Origin: an uncultured Christensenella sp.
GTDB taxonomy: Bacteria; Bacillota; Clostridia; Christensenellales; UBA1242
Direction: 5' to 3'
Length of the DNA: 64,000 nucleotides
Assembly: GCA_964579205.1 (NCBI GenBank)
Contig: CAZOFH010000005.1
Coordinates: 6,870 to 70,869 of the forward strand
This document shows, in pieces, positions 45,801 through 55,524 of this stretch. Every line of letters begins with the position of its first letter. Within the stretch, counting starts at the first letter, position 1. The position numbers and the translations under genes are program-made. The notes below the pieces were generated by a model. That model was given only the letters and a program-made list of their open reading frames with translations. It ran no database searches and had not been told where the DNA came from.

Positions 45801-46616
45801 GGTAAAGAAAGTATTGAAAATAAAGGTACGAATAGTCTCAGCACTAGGCAACTCACTAGGCTTTAACTTCTTTGACAACTCGAGCAAAGCCTCTTCTTCT
45901 GTCTTTTGAGCCTCTTGCTCCAAAGTATTGAGAATGAGAGGGTGATTACCAAACAAAGCAGCAATCTCAGCCTCGCTCCCCAAACCCAAACCTTTGAGCA
46001 AAATACCTGCAGAAACCTTTACACTACGATCCATAGTCACGCGCAAAGTGTCCTTTGGAGTCTGCTCAAACTCGAGCCACATACCTCTAGTAGGGTTTAA
46101 CCCAGCCAAATAAAAAGTCTTGCCAGTGTTTTTGTCCTCAATAGCGTCAAAATATACTCCTGGACTGCGCACGATCTGACTAACAACTACACGGTCTACA
46201 CCGCCAATAAGGAAAGAACCAGTATCCGTCATCAGAGGCACTTCACCCAGCATTATGTTTTGGTCAATAGCCTCACCCGTCTCCTTGTTGATAAGGCGAG
46301 CATCCACCCTGATAGGTGCATTGTAAGTGAGGGCGCGTCTACGGCACTCATCCACAGGATACTTTACCGCAGAATAGTCGATGCTGTAACCCAAAAAGTG
46401 CAACTCAACCTTGCCGCTAAAGTCCACAATAGGAGAAAACTCGGCAATGGTCTCGCCAATCCCTTTTTCCAAAAATTCTTTGTAAGTCTCCTTTTGAATA
46501 TCCACAAGATACGGCATCTCGATAGGCTCATCGACGCGCGCGAAAGAAACACGCTCAGTCTTACCACACATCACTTTTCTGATTGATGATTTTTTTGTTT
46601 CATTGTTTGCTGGCAT
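42891..46616 (-). CDS. rpoB: DNA-directed RNA polymerase subunit beta
   Basis: '[14 protein letters not shown]', '[26 protein letters not shown]' and related motifs. Start set at the ATG at 46616, 9 nt after AAGGAG. Confidence 0.98.
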   Translation of the reverse strand: [1241 protein letters not shown]

Positions 46617-46955
46617 TAACATTATCTCCTTGTAAAACATATTTTTGTTTTTAAAAAGTTGCCAAGTAGAATACTTTTGTGCTATTATCTATATTATAAG
46701 GACATAAAAAGGCAAAATCTGTGAAAAATGATGAGTTTGGGCTAGGCAACAAAAAAATATGCTTTTGTAGCCAAGCACGATTTTGAGGCAAAACGCCCCT
46801 TACATATTAATTTTTATTGAAATTAATCCCTAACAAACTCAATATTCCCCACCACTCACTCTTTATATGGATATAATAGTTTTATGAGTATAGCATAAAA
46901 TATAATTGTTGTCAACACAAATTTGTCAAAAAATTTTGAATAAATGAGGTACGAT

Positions 46956-47930
46956 ATGCAAAAACGCGACAATACCGACCTACCACTCGCGACAAAAGCG
47001 ACAATGCTAATAGAAAAATATGGGACAACAGCGCTCTCATCAGTCATCAAAAAAGACAAGGAGACTAGCGCTGTTTATTCCTTATATAATATACCATACA
47101 CAGCACACAAGACAGACCCTCTGCGGCAATTCGACTGGCACTGCCCGCATTTTGCTGTGGCGAGCCCGCAAAAATCGGCTTTGCCTACCCTTTTTTATAT
47201 GCACGGCGGATCGTGGTCGGCGGCGGATAAGAGCATCTTTTCTATTGTGGCAAAAGAATTCGCGGAGCAAGGACTCATCGTCATTAATCTAAATTACCGA
47301 CTGATGCCGCAGGCTACCCTATCTGAGATTTTCGGCGATACTATGGACTGTCTGCACTTTTGCATAGAGAATGCCGAGATGTTTGGGATAGACAAAAATC
47401 AAATTTTTTTGGGTGGAGATAGCGCAGGGGCGCACTTATCTAGCCTAATGGCTAGCCGCATCAGCACCCAGACCAAGCCCTTGGATTACAGGATACTAGG
47501 CTGCATCCTTTTTTATGGGGTGTATGACATTTCGCACCTACACAGGCTCAATTTTCGCACTTGCCGCGCTATCGGCAGATTTTGGGAGGAAAGCCGCGCC
47601 ACTGACAGTGCCGACCTCGAGAAATTTTATCACGACTACTCACCCATTCGACTTGTGACGCCTGAATTCCCGGCGACCTTTATCACTGCGGGCGAAGTGG
47701 ATAGCCTCACAAAAACGGAGACCATACCTTTTGTCCACAAACTAAACTCCCTAAATATCGACTGCGACGCGCTAGTTTTCCCAAAAAATCGACGCGACGC
47801 ACGCCACGCTTTTATTAATTTGAACAACCGAGCAAGGCGCGAGGCACTCATCCGTGCTTTTGATTTTGTACGGCGCAAAATCTCCACCCCATTACGCAAA
47901 GCGACAGCAAAAACCCCCGCCACCCGATAA
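46956..47930 (+). CDS. Alpha/beta hydrolase (HSL-type esterase/lipase)
   Basis: 'MHGGSW' oxyanion motif and 'GGDSAGAHL' nucleophile elbow. Confidence 0.75.
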   Translation: MQKRDNTDLPLATKATMLIEKYGTTALSSVIKKDKETSAVYSLYNIPYTAHKTDPLRQFDWHCPHFAVASPQKSALPTLFYMHGGSWSAADKSIFSIVAKEFAEQGLIVINLNYRLMPQATLSEIFGDTMDCLHFCIENAEMFGIDKNQIFLGGDSAGAHLSSLMASRISTQTKPLDYRILGCILFYGVYDISHLHRLNFRTCRAIGRFWEESRATDSADLEKFYHDYSPIRLVTPEFPATFITAGEVDSLTKTETIPFVHKLNSLNIDCDALVFPKNRRDARHAFINLNNRARREALIRAFDFVRRKISTPLRKATAKTPATR

Positions 47931-48024
47931 CGAACAAAATTAGCGAGAGCAGGGCTGAATAGGCTCTGTTAGAGGATACACCGCACCCCCGCCCCTTATC
48001 CTTGCGCACACTTTATCAAACGCC

Positions 48025-48057
48025 AAAAAAGCGACAGACAAAAGGTCGCTTTTTTTG
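48025..48057. terminator. Bidirectional terminator between the esterase and transglutaminase-like genes
   Basis: AAAAAAGCGAC-agacaaaag-GTCGCTTTTTTT. Confidence 0.65.
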
Positions 48058-48114
48058 ATTGCTACATCCCCCACAGCCTCACTTTGGGCATTCGTTAGGG
48101 ATAATTATTATGAT

Positions 48115-51009
48115 TTACTTTTGCTGATTTTGGGCATTTTTGCGACGAATAAGCATAGTCGCTACCACCACGCAAATTAGCGCAACAGCGATACACATCA
48201 AGACGACAATTAGCGCCATATCGCGCTGAGTCTGCTGATACGGCTTGCTCAAGGTCGTGGCTGTGCCAGACATTACCGAGTTTGTGACCTCGACGGTGTA
48301 CACACTATTAAAGTATGGCTCTTGGATGACATAGTCCTGCCCAGTCGCCCCGACAATCATTTCGCCGTCCTTGTACCACTGGTAGGTCAACTTGCCGACC
48401 ACGCCGCTGACTGCCGCGCTAAGGGTGTCGACATATCTAGTGATGACTACTACTGGAGCGGTAGCACTAGGAGTAAGAGTGACAAAGCCGTCCTGCTCTT
48501 CCTTTTGTTTTACACTGGTCTTGACAAAATACGCCTCGATGATATTGTTGTCCTTGGTCAAATCGGTATATGTCAAGGTCAACTTGTTGTCTATCACAGG
48601 CTTTTCTACCCCATTTACCCAAACATAATCCACCACAAAGCCGGCGCTAGGAGTAATAACGAAGGTCTTTGATTCGCTTGGCGCAAGGCTAGCGAATTCG
48701 GCATCAATACTACCGCCCTCATGCATCAGCGCCAAAACTTTTTTGGAGGTCACGCCCTCAGGTTTTTGAGTAGCGACCACGGTAAAAGGCGAAAATTCGT
48801 TACAGAAAATGACCACACCGTTTTCGTTGATTAGGCAATCGACTTTCTCCACCTGCCCAGTGGTAGAATTGTAGTGATAAGCCTCAAAGGTCACACCAAC
48901 CTCTTTGCCGCTGTACCCCTCAGGGAAAGGCAGCATAATCTTTATCCTCTTGCCATATGGCAGTTGCTTCATCTGCTCATTGCAAAGAGTGAGGCTAATG
49001 TCATAAGTCTTGGATGCTAGCACAGTCTGACTAGTACTACCCAAATCGGTAGCGATACCAGCATTGATTGAGGTCTGAGTATTGCTATCAATGTGTTCAT
49101 TGACTACTAGCGCCACGCCGTGACTAATCTTTTTGTTTACAGGGTCGGTAAAATCCGCAGGTCGCCAATCAGTCGTATCTATGTCAGCATTCTCCAAAAT
49201 TTGCGGCTTGCCATATACTTCATAAGTCTGCCCCCATTTGACTGGACAGCCGACATTAGTCTGATTTAGGACGAAAAATCCTGTAGACATACATTCTCTA
49301 CCCGTCTCAGCACTACACAGCCCTTTGACCCGCATCGTGTAGGTGCAGGTATTCGCAGCATAGCGCGAACTGGTAGTAAAGCGGCAAGTGACCGTCCTGT
49401 CATTATCCCACGCGACATCGGTAACACGGATATCGTCTAATACCACGCCTGCATTGTGGGTGACCTCGACAGAAACTGATGCACCTGATGACAACTTGAG
49501 TTTTTCGTCAAAAGTCATCGACACGTCATAAGTTGCACCCGAACGCAAGATTTGCGAACTAGACGGCGTAACATTTATCGGGAAAGGTCTGTGCTGAGAT
49601 TTTACTTGGAATTGATTTTCATAAGTGTCAGAGTACTCGATTACATCAGCAGCGGCAACATATGCCTGCGAAGATGAGGTAAACTCAGTCACCCCGACCA
49701 TTACACTATCAAAATCACCATCCAAACGCAAAACCAAGCCGTCAGGCGTATCTACACAAGCGTTCTCGTAATAATTAAATTCTGTGGTATAGTTGGTCAA
49801 TGCCGCCCAATTTGTGCTCGCATCACCAAAGTAATTAGCCACAAAGAATAGCCCCTCTTGATTGTACAACTGCTCACCGTTCATCCCCTTGTATGTCACG
49901 CGCAAAACATCTTTACCTTCATATTTTGTCTGTTCCATAGCAAAATTTGAGTTGTACGTGGTGGCAGTAGAAAACTCAGAGTTGCACAAATCAGGCTGTC
50001 TGAACGCATAGCCCGACTGCGAAATCACCGCGTCGGGAATGTGACTAGCGCCGACTTTGCTATACCCAGCCAAAAAGTACTGACACTCGCCGTCTTTTTT
50101 GCCCGAATCCATAGTCGTGTCCACCATATACCACAGATTGTTTATCTGCACAAAATTCCACATATGTGCTTCAGAAAGGGTGATAGCGGTCTTGTCCTCA
50201 CCGTTGTACTCATTGTACATTCCGATTATAGATACACAAGGGATATTTATCTCGTCCATAATTATTTTGAAACTACGCGCATACGCCTCACACACACCCT
50301 CGCCCTTGACTAACGCGCCGTATGGATTGCGTACATAAGCCTCATTGCCAGCGGTACAGTCGAGTTCGCTCTTGTACACCGCCTTATTGCGGACAAAATC
50401 ATATACAGCCTTGACCTTGTCTCTGGTATCGGTCAACTCGCCCACCTCGGTCAATAGAGTAGTATAACTCCCCTCTAGTGCCTCAATAGCGGCATTCACC
50501 TTGGTTTCATCGGCAAAATCAGCCCCATCGGCGCGGTAATTGTCCGTTCTGCCCGTACCCAAAAATGCATAATTTTTGCCATTTTTTGAGAGAGTGCGAA
50601 TTGACATTTTGTCAAAATCCACATAAAAAACCTCTGGGTGGTCCAAGTAAAAAGCGTCACGCCCAGCCCCGAAAGCATACAGGAGCGCCATTGAATTGGT
50701 CGCGTATTTGTCGACATCTTTTTGCGTCAAAAAGCCTCCCTCTACGAGGTCGATGCTTATATTACCTTTTTTGAGAGTGCCGTCCTCCCACATAGCCTTG
50801 ATAGCGCGGTAAAATTTTGCCTCTAACGTGCTGCCATTACGCTCAAATTGGTCATAATAAAAGGTCTCTGCCGACACCACACTCGCAGCAATCGGGCACG
50901 GCTTTTCACGCGAACTGCCCACTAGCATCCCGATAGCGAATAGCACAGCAAAAGTCGCTAGCAAGACGGTCGCCGCGGCACAAAACTTGCGCATACTCAA
51001 TAGTTTCAT
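48115..51009 (-). CDS. Large membrane-anchored surface protein with an intact transglutaminase-like (Cys-His-Asp) core
   Basis: 'GEGVCEAYARSFKIIMDEINIPCVSIIG..EAHMWNFVQINNLWYMVDTT'. It has an N-terminal TM/signal segment, Ig-like C-terminal modules and a C-terminal TM anchor ('ALIVVLMCIAVALICVVVATMLIRRK'). Start at the ATG at 51009. Confidence 0.75.
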   Translation of the reverse strand: MKLLSMRKFCAAATVLLATFAVLFAIGMLVGSSREKPCPIAASVVSAETFYYDQFERNGSTLEAKFYRAIKAMWEDGTLKKGNISIDLVEGGFLTQKDVDKYATNSMALLYAFGAGRDAFYLDHPEVFYVDFDKMSIRTLSKNGKNYAFLGTGRTDNYRADGADFADETKVNAAIEALEGSYTTLLTEVGELTDTRDKVKAVYDFVRNKAVYKSELDCTAGNEAYVRNPYGALVKGEGVCEAYARSFKIIMDEINIPCVSIIGMYNEYNGEDKTAITLSEAHMWNFVQINNLWYMVDTTMDSGKKDGECQYFLAGYSKVGASHIPDAVISQSGYAFRQPDLCNSEFSTATTYNSNFAMEQTKYEGKDVLRVTYKGMNGEQLYNQEGLFFVANYFGDASTNWAALTNYTTEFNYYENACVDTPDGLVLRLDGDFDSVMVGVTEFTSSSQAYVAAADVIEYSDTYENQFQVKSQHRPFPINVTPSSSQILRSGATYDVSMTFDEKLKLSSGASVSVEVTHNAGVVLDDIRVTDVAWDNDRTVTCRFTTSSRYAANTCTYTMRVKGLCSAETGRECMSTGFFVLNQTNVGCPVKWGQTYEVYGKPQILENADIDTTDWRPADFTDPVNKKISHGVALVVNEHIDSNTQTSINAGIATDLGSTSQTVLASKTYDISLTLCNEQMKQLPYGKRIKIMLPFPEGYSGKEVGVTFEAYHYNSTTGQVEKVDCLINENGVVIFCNEFSPFTVVATQKPEGVTSKKVLALMHEGGSIDAEFASLAPSESKTFVITPSAGFVVDYVWVNGVEKPVIDNKLTLTYTDLTKDNNIIEAYFVKTSVKQKEEQDGFVTLTPSATAPVVVITRYVDTLSAAVSGVVGKLTYQWYKDGEMIVGATGQDYVIQEPYFNSVYTVEVTNSVMSGTATTLSKPYQQTQRDMALIVVLMCIAVALICVVVATMLIRRKNAQNQQK

Positions 51010-51169
51010 ATATTTCCCCTTTCGATTTTGCATATATGATATCATTTTTTTGCGAAATTCTCAACCAAAATGCAATATTTTTTTGAAAATTCGATGAGTA
51101 TTGCGCAAAAAGTAACTCACCCCCCCACCTCTCGGGGGCGGGGTGCTACAAAAAATCGACAGAGAAATT

Positions 51170-52675
51170 TTAGGCGAGGGTCTCCAATACGACAGAGCCG
51201 TCTAGCCACGACATAATGTAGCCCGCCAATTTTTTGTGCGCCACTGATTCAAAAGCCTCGATTAGGTCGCTAGGGGTGACTATCCCAAACATATTTTGTT
51301 CATAAAAATACCGCAGCGATTTTTGCATCTTGGCATCGCCTATGATGTCGTTGATGCTGTCGAACATTAGCACGCCCTTTACGTAGGTCAGATACACGTA
51401 CTCGGTCTCCGTCTTAAAATTGTGAATGTTTCGGTTCATACTGGTATCCAAAGTGTCATAAACATCGCGATACACATCACAAAACAGTAGATAACTGCTC
51501 AGAGTTTCACCCAAAACTTGCTTGCTCGTGCGCTCGTATTGGGGGTTTCGGTCATAAAAAAGCGCTGTCGAATACTCTGCCAAGCCCTCGTCAATCCACG
51601 CGTATTCGCACTCATTATTGCCTATTACCCCATACCACCACTGGTGGGCAACCTCGTGAATAATCGCCTCGCGGTACTCGTCCTCGATATCCAATTCGCT
51701 AGACACATACACGAGTTGCGGATACTCCATTCCACCCTGAAAAAAGTCGGCTTTTGCCACACGCAACACCTCGTACGGGTACGCACCAAACATTTCGCCG
51801 AATGTCTCTACCGCATCGACCGCGGCAGAGAGATTTGCTTCTGCTTTTTCGTCGTCAAAATAATAGTACTCGACCAAAATATCGCCTGCCAAACGGCTCT
51901 TCATCTCAAAATCACGACTAAAAACCATAGCAAAATCGCGGACGACTTGGCTAGAATATACGCTCGTTTTGGCGCCATTTTGCTCGCTTTCGTCTATTTT
52001 CTGCCCCGAACTAGCCAGCGTCAAATCACTAGGATATGTGATGCTGACGGTGTAATTGGCTACCTCGCTAAAGAAAGGGTCGCCATTGGGCGAATAGCCG
52101 TCCGTCACAAAACTGCCATTCTCAAAAACGCACGCCACAGGGTACCAATTCCCCAAGTTTAACGTGTTTTCTCCATAGCCAAAACGATGATTGCAATTCG
52201 GGATAGTCAAGGTAAAGTCGATGTCCACCTCTGCCCAAGCACCACTTTTGAGCGTGCTAGATAGCGGCACGATGAGCAAATTTTTGTCCTCACCGCCGAT
52301 TTCAAAATCAATCGCCTTGCCTCCAACCTTGACCTCGGCAATGGTGATGCCACCCTCACTAAAACCGTTGGGATAGACCTTATGCTTTTGAGCCTCGCTG
52401 TATGCACGGTATTTGCTCGCATCCTCACGAAAGGCATTGGGGTACAGGTGAAATTTTAACTCGCCCAAATCCACCGAACTTGTGTTGTGATAGTCCACCT
52501 GCATTTGCGCGCTCAAAGTCTTTGCGTCCTCATCTAGCGTCGCATCGATGCGATATTCTGTAATATTGTGACGCAATTCATCAAAGGACGACTGCTGCCC
52601 GCACCCAGCAAGGGCAACTGTACAAGGCAATATCATCATCACCGCAACAACAAAACAAAAAAGTCTTTTCTTCAT
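51170..52675 (-). CDS. M1-family zinc metallopeptidase lipoprotein (aminopeptidase N-like)
   Basis: Lipobox 'VALAGC', zinc motif 'HEVAHQWWYG' and 'WIDEGLAEY'. Confidence 0.8.
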   Translation of the reverse strand: MKKRLFCFVVAVMMILPCTVALAGCGQQSSFDELRHNITEYRIDATLDEDAKTLSAQMQVDYHNTSSVDLGELKFHLYPNAFREDASKYRAYSEAQKHKVYPNGFSEGGITIAEVKVGGKAIDFEIGGEDKNLLIVPLSSTLKSGAWAEVDIDFTLTIPNCNHRFGYGENTLNLGNWYPVACVFENGSFVTDGYSPNGDPFFSEVANYTVSITYPSDLTLASSGQKIDESEQNGAKTSVYSSQVVRDFAMVFSRDFEMKSRLAGDILVEYYYFDDEKAEANLSAAVDAVETFGEMFGAYPYEVLRVAKADFFQGGMEYPQLVYVSSELDIEDEYREAIIHEVAHQWWYGVIGNNECEYAWIDEGLAEYSTALFYDRNPQYERTSKQVLGETLSSYLLFCDVYRDVYDTLDTSMNRNIHNFKTETEYVYLTYVKGVLMFDSINDIIGDAKMQKSLRYFYEQNMFGIVTPSDLIEAFESVAHKKLAGYIMSWLDGSVVLETLA

Positions 52676-52886
52676 TTTTCGCTCCCGATACCGTTTTTTA
52701 TGCGGTAATATATGCCCACTCGAGGGCTAGATATGCTCCCAAACAGCCACAATGCAAAAAAATAACTACGCAAAACTATACACTAGAATTGCCCTGCCCT
52801 ATTCGATTTTGTCGATTGGGTACTAGTTTTTTGTAATTTGTGTAAAACAACAAAAACAACCGAGTGATACTCAGTTGTTTTTGTTG

Positions 52887-54455
52887 TTAATTATCATATT
52901 CGGCTCTGATTTTTTTGATAATTGTGTTTTTGAGTTGTTCCTTTGTCAAAAGACCGTCCTTGTAGTATTTGCAAAGCGCCTTTATCTCGTCATCAAGCGC
53001 ATACTCGCGCATTACTGCAGGGCTGCGAATGATTGGTTTTGGCTTTTGCAAGAAAATATTGCCCACACATGCGCCTGTAATAAACAATGCCACAGATATT
53101 AGCAGTGGTGCAGCAAAGATAATACCAAAAATCCTTGTGTCTGGTATACACAATCCCCCCACAAGCATCGCTACCAATAATATAGGAGTAATTATTGACA
53201 GCGTCAACATATTGCCTTTTGATGGTTTTCTCTTTGGAGAAGTCTTGCACATCAAAATAATAACCAAAGTAAGTGCTGCATAGTAGAATAAGCAGATTAT
53301 GACACCAAGCACTTCTGTCGAATAGCCTTGCAATACAATACCATTATATCCTGCAAACATTTCTTGATTAATTTCAAGCGAGACAATCGAGCCATCGCTC
53401 GATGAGCAAATCAAATTTGTGACCATATTTGCATTTGCATAAAGGATATGAGACCTATACGTTCTCTGATTTTCTACAGTCCAATAATCAGGGTCCTCAT
53501 AGATATCCCAATCATCCAAAGTATATACATCACCACCGATATTCACCTCGATACCTGAATCATAGATCTCTTCGACGGACTTTATGTAACAGCCCTGCTG
53601 CAGGGCTTTAGTTTTGATTGTTACCCTCAAACTATCATCATCAACAGTGTAATAAGACGGCGAACGCAGCATACCTGTGACAATGAGTGTCTTGTATTCG
53701 TCAGCAGAAGTATCATAACTATTGACAAACACAAGATTATCATTCATTCCTACGATTTCACCCATATCTATGCCGAGGCAATAAAAATCATATCCACTCC
53801 ATTCGCAAGCAGTATCCAATACTTCATCTTGCGTAATAGTTGGCAAATTGCCATTTATATCATAAAAGCTTTTCTCGCATATATCCAAAACATATTCATT
53901 AGAATTAATAACGGAAATATCCTCAATTCCAAGCGCGTCCACAGCCACACGAAAGTTTCGACCATCAAACGCATCCAAGCAAACACATTCAAAATAATTG
54001 CTAGATGTATAACCAAATACACGGAATTCATAACCTTCAAAAGTAAAGGTTATATTATAAGTATAGAACCAGAAAAGAGAAGACGGTTCCAAAGTGATAA
54101 TATTTGAATACTCATAAGCATCATAATCAATAGTTACCCTGCCTAATTCTTCATCAATAACAGAAAACTCAGGGTCAAAAGCGTCTATTACAATTAACCT
54201 TTCACTAGAATAAGAACTATAAGCAAATAACAAGTTTTGATTTGCACTACCTACACACAAACTATCTGAATCTGTATAGGTAGATCCTTCCATAACCAAA
54301 TCATAGTTTTGAATATCCCTCTGCTCAGGATAATAAATCTCTCCGGCTGTTGCTGGCAACATCAACATAATTATTGCTATAGCCACAGAAATTGTGAGAG
54401 AACAAAGCCCAACAACGGAGGCAATGCGCAAAATTTTTCTTTTTGATTCCTTCAT
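52887..54455 (-). CDS. Hypothetical membrane protein with a SHOCT-like C-terminus
   Basis: N-terminal signal/TM segment, a large extracytoplasmic domain, several TM segments, and a tail 'ALCKYYKDGLLTKEQLKNTIIKKI'. Confidence 0.5.
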   Translation of the reverse strand: MKESKRKILRIASVVGLCSLTISVAIAIIMLMLPATAGEIYYPEQRDIQNYDLVMEGSTYTDSDSLCVGSANQNLLFAYSSYSSERLIVIDAFDPEFSVIDEELGRVTIDYDAYEYSNIITLEPSSLFWFYTYNITFTFEGYEFRVFGYTSSNYFECVCLDAFDGRNFRVAVDALGIEDISVINSNEYVLDICEKSFYDINGNLPTITQDEVLDTACEWSGYDFYCLGIDMGEIVGMNDNLVFVNSYDTSADEYKTLIVTGMLRSPSYYTVDDDSLRVTIKTKALQQGCYIKSVEEIYDSGIEVNIGGDVYTLDDWDIYEDPDYWTVENQRTYRSHILYANANMVTNLICSSSDGSIVSLEINQEMFAGYNGIVLQGYSTEVLGVIICLFYYAALTLVIILMCKTSPKRKPSKGNMLTLSIITPILLVAMLVGGLCIPDTRIFGIIFAAPLLISVALFITGACVGNIFLQKPKPIIRSPAVMREYALDDEIKALCKYYKDGLLTKEQLKNTIIKKIRAEYDN

Positions 54456-54468
54456 ATCGTGCGCCCCC

Positions 54469-55158
54469 CTATTTCAAAAAGACTTCTACCAAGAGTTCTT
54501 TCATTTCCTCATCAGTGAAAATGCCGTCCTCGTGAAGTTGTCTAATACGAAATACCTTGTGGTCGATCACATTGTCCAAGTCGCAATCAAACTTTTTCTG
54601 AGGTTGTGTAGGAGCGACCGTCCCGTCAGGCAAAACGGTAGATTGAGGTTGCGCCACCGTACCACTAGCCGCCGCCTGAGGTTGACCCGCCATACCGCTA
54701 GCCACAGGCTGAGGTTGCCCCAATAGTCTAGCGAACTCTGCTTTGTTCTTGACAAATCCCACACAAAACAGCACTAGTGCTGTCGTCACAACGAGAATGT
54801 CCAAAATTGCTAGAATATTCAGCGTTAGAATAATTGTGAGCAGATGAATAAAAATCACAACTGCCGACATAATAATCGCCGCTAGCAATTTGTGTTTGTA
54901 TTGCGCATACTTGCCTGATTTGTCAGGATTTGCGCAAAGCATCGCAGAAAAAACAATCAACAAAATGTTGCAAATCATCAGCCCGAACGAGCCCAACAAA
55001 TACGCTATACCCTGCGCCACATAGCCTGTTTCAAAAGCAGCACTGATGAGAAGAACCGAGCCACCGATACTGATTAGTTCTAATAACAGACTCAAGCCAC
55101 TAAAGCAGAGAGTGACAATCGCTGCTGCCAAAACTATTTTCTTTTTTAAATTTGACAT
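54469..55158 (-). CDS. Polytopic membrane protein with a Gln/Pro-rich linker and a SHOCT-like C-terminus
   Basis: Start at the ATG at 55158 after AAAGGAG. It has four or five TM segments, the repeats 'GQPQPVASGMAGQPQAAASGTVAQPQ', and the tail 'IRQLHEDGIFTDEEMKELLVEVF'. Confidence 0.5.
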   Translation of the reverse strand: MSNLKKKIVLAAAIVTLCFSGLSLLLELISIGGSVLLISAAFETGYVAQGIAYLLGSFGLMICNILLIVFSAMLCANPDKSGKYAQYKHKLLAAIIMSAVVIFIHLLTIILTLNILAILDILVVTTALVLFCVGFVKNKAEFARLLGQPQPVASGMAGQPQAAASGTVAQPQSTVLPDGTVAPTQPQKKFDCDLDNVIDHKVFRIRQLHEDGIFTDEEMKELLVEVFLK

Positions 55159-55477
55159 AAAATTCTCCTTTTTCCGTAATAAAATTTTTGAGTTGATTAG
55201 CCGAAAATCACTCAAAGTATTCGCGTTTGGTCATATGAGCCAACGCGAAAAAGACTGTCTCAAGCAGCCCAAATAAGAAAATTTTATGTGTTTTTTTACA
55301 AAAAGTGTACTCTCAAAATTTACATATTTTTTGAGGCTAGTTAAGCCCCCCCCCGGGGGGTTATCCACATTTTTTCCACTTTTTCCTTTCCTTTTACCTT
55401 TTGTTATGTGATTATATAACAAATAAACACTATTTGTCAACAACTTTTCCACAATATTTGACAAAATATTACAAAGT

Positions 55478-55509
55478 GACAAAAAACAAGGCAAACACCA
55501 TTTGCCTTG
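55478..55509 (-). terminator. Rho-independent terminator after the 1076-aa GLUG protein gene
   Basis: On the minus strand, CAAGGCAAA-tggtg-TTTGCCTTG is followed by TTTTTTG. Confidence 0.65.
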
Positions 55510-55524
55510 CTCTATTTTTGCTAT

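Noticed and set aside
46641-46943. A search for a ribosomal-protein leader or L10/L12 genes upstream of rpoB.
   Set aside because: The 300-nt spacer contains no ORF and no clear sigma-A promoter that I could define. I only note that rplJL is absent here and do not annotate a feature.
55346-55360. A C9G6 homopolymer palindrome (CCCCCCCCCGGGGGG) in the spacer upstream of the 54469 gene.
   Set aside because: It is a simple-sequence hairpin with no loop and no flanking conservation. It could be a slippage-prone tract, but it lies outside any ORF or recognisable promoter element.
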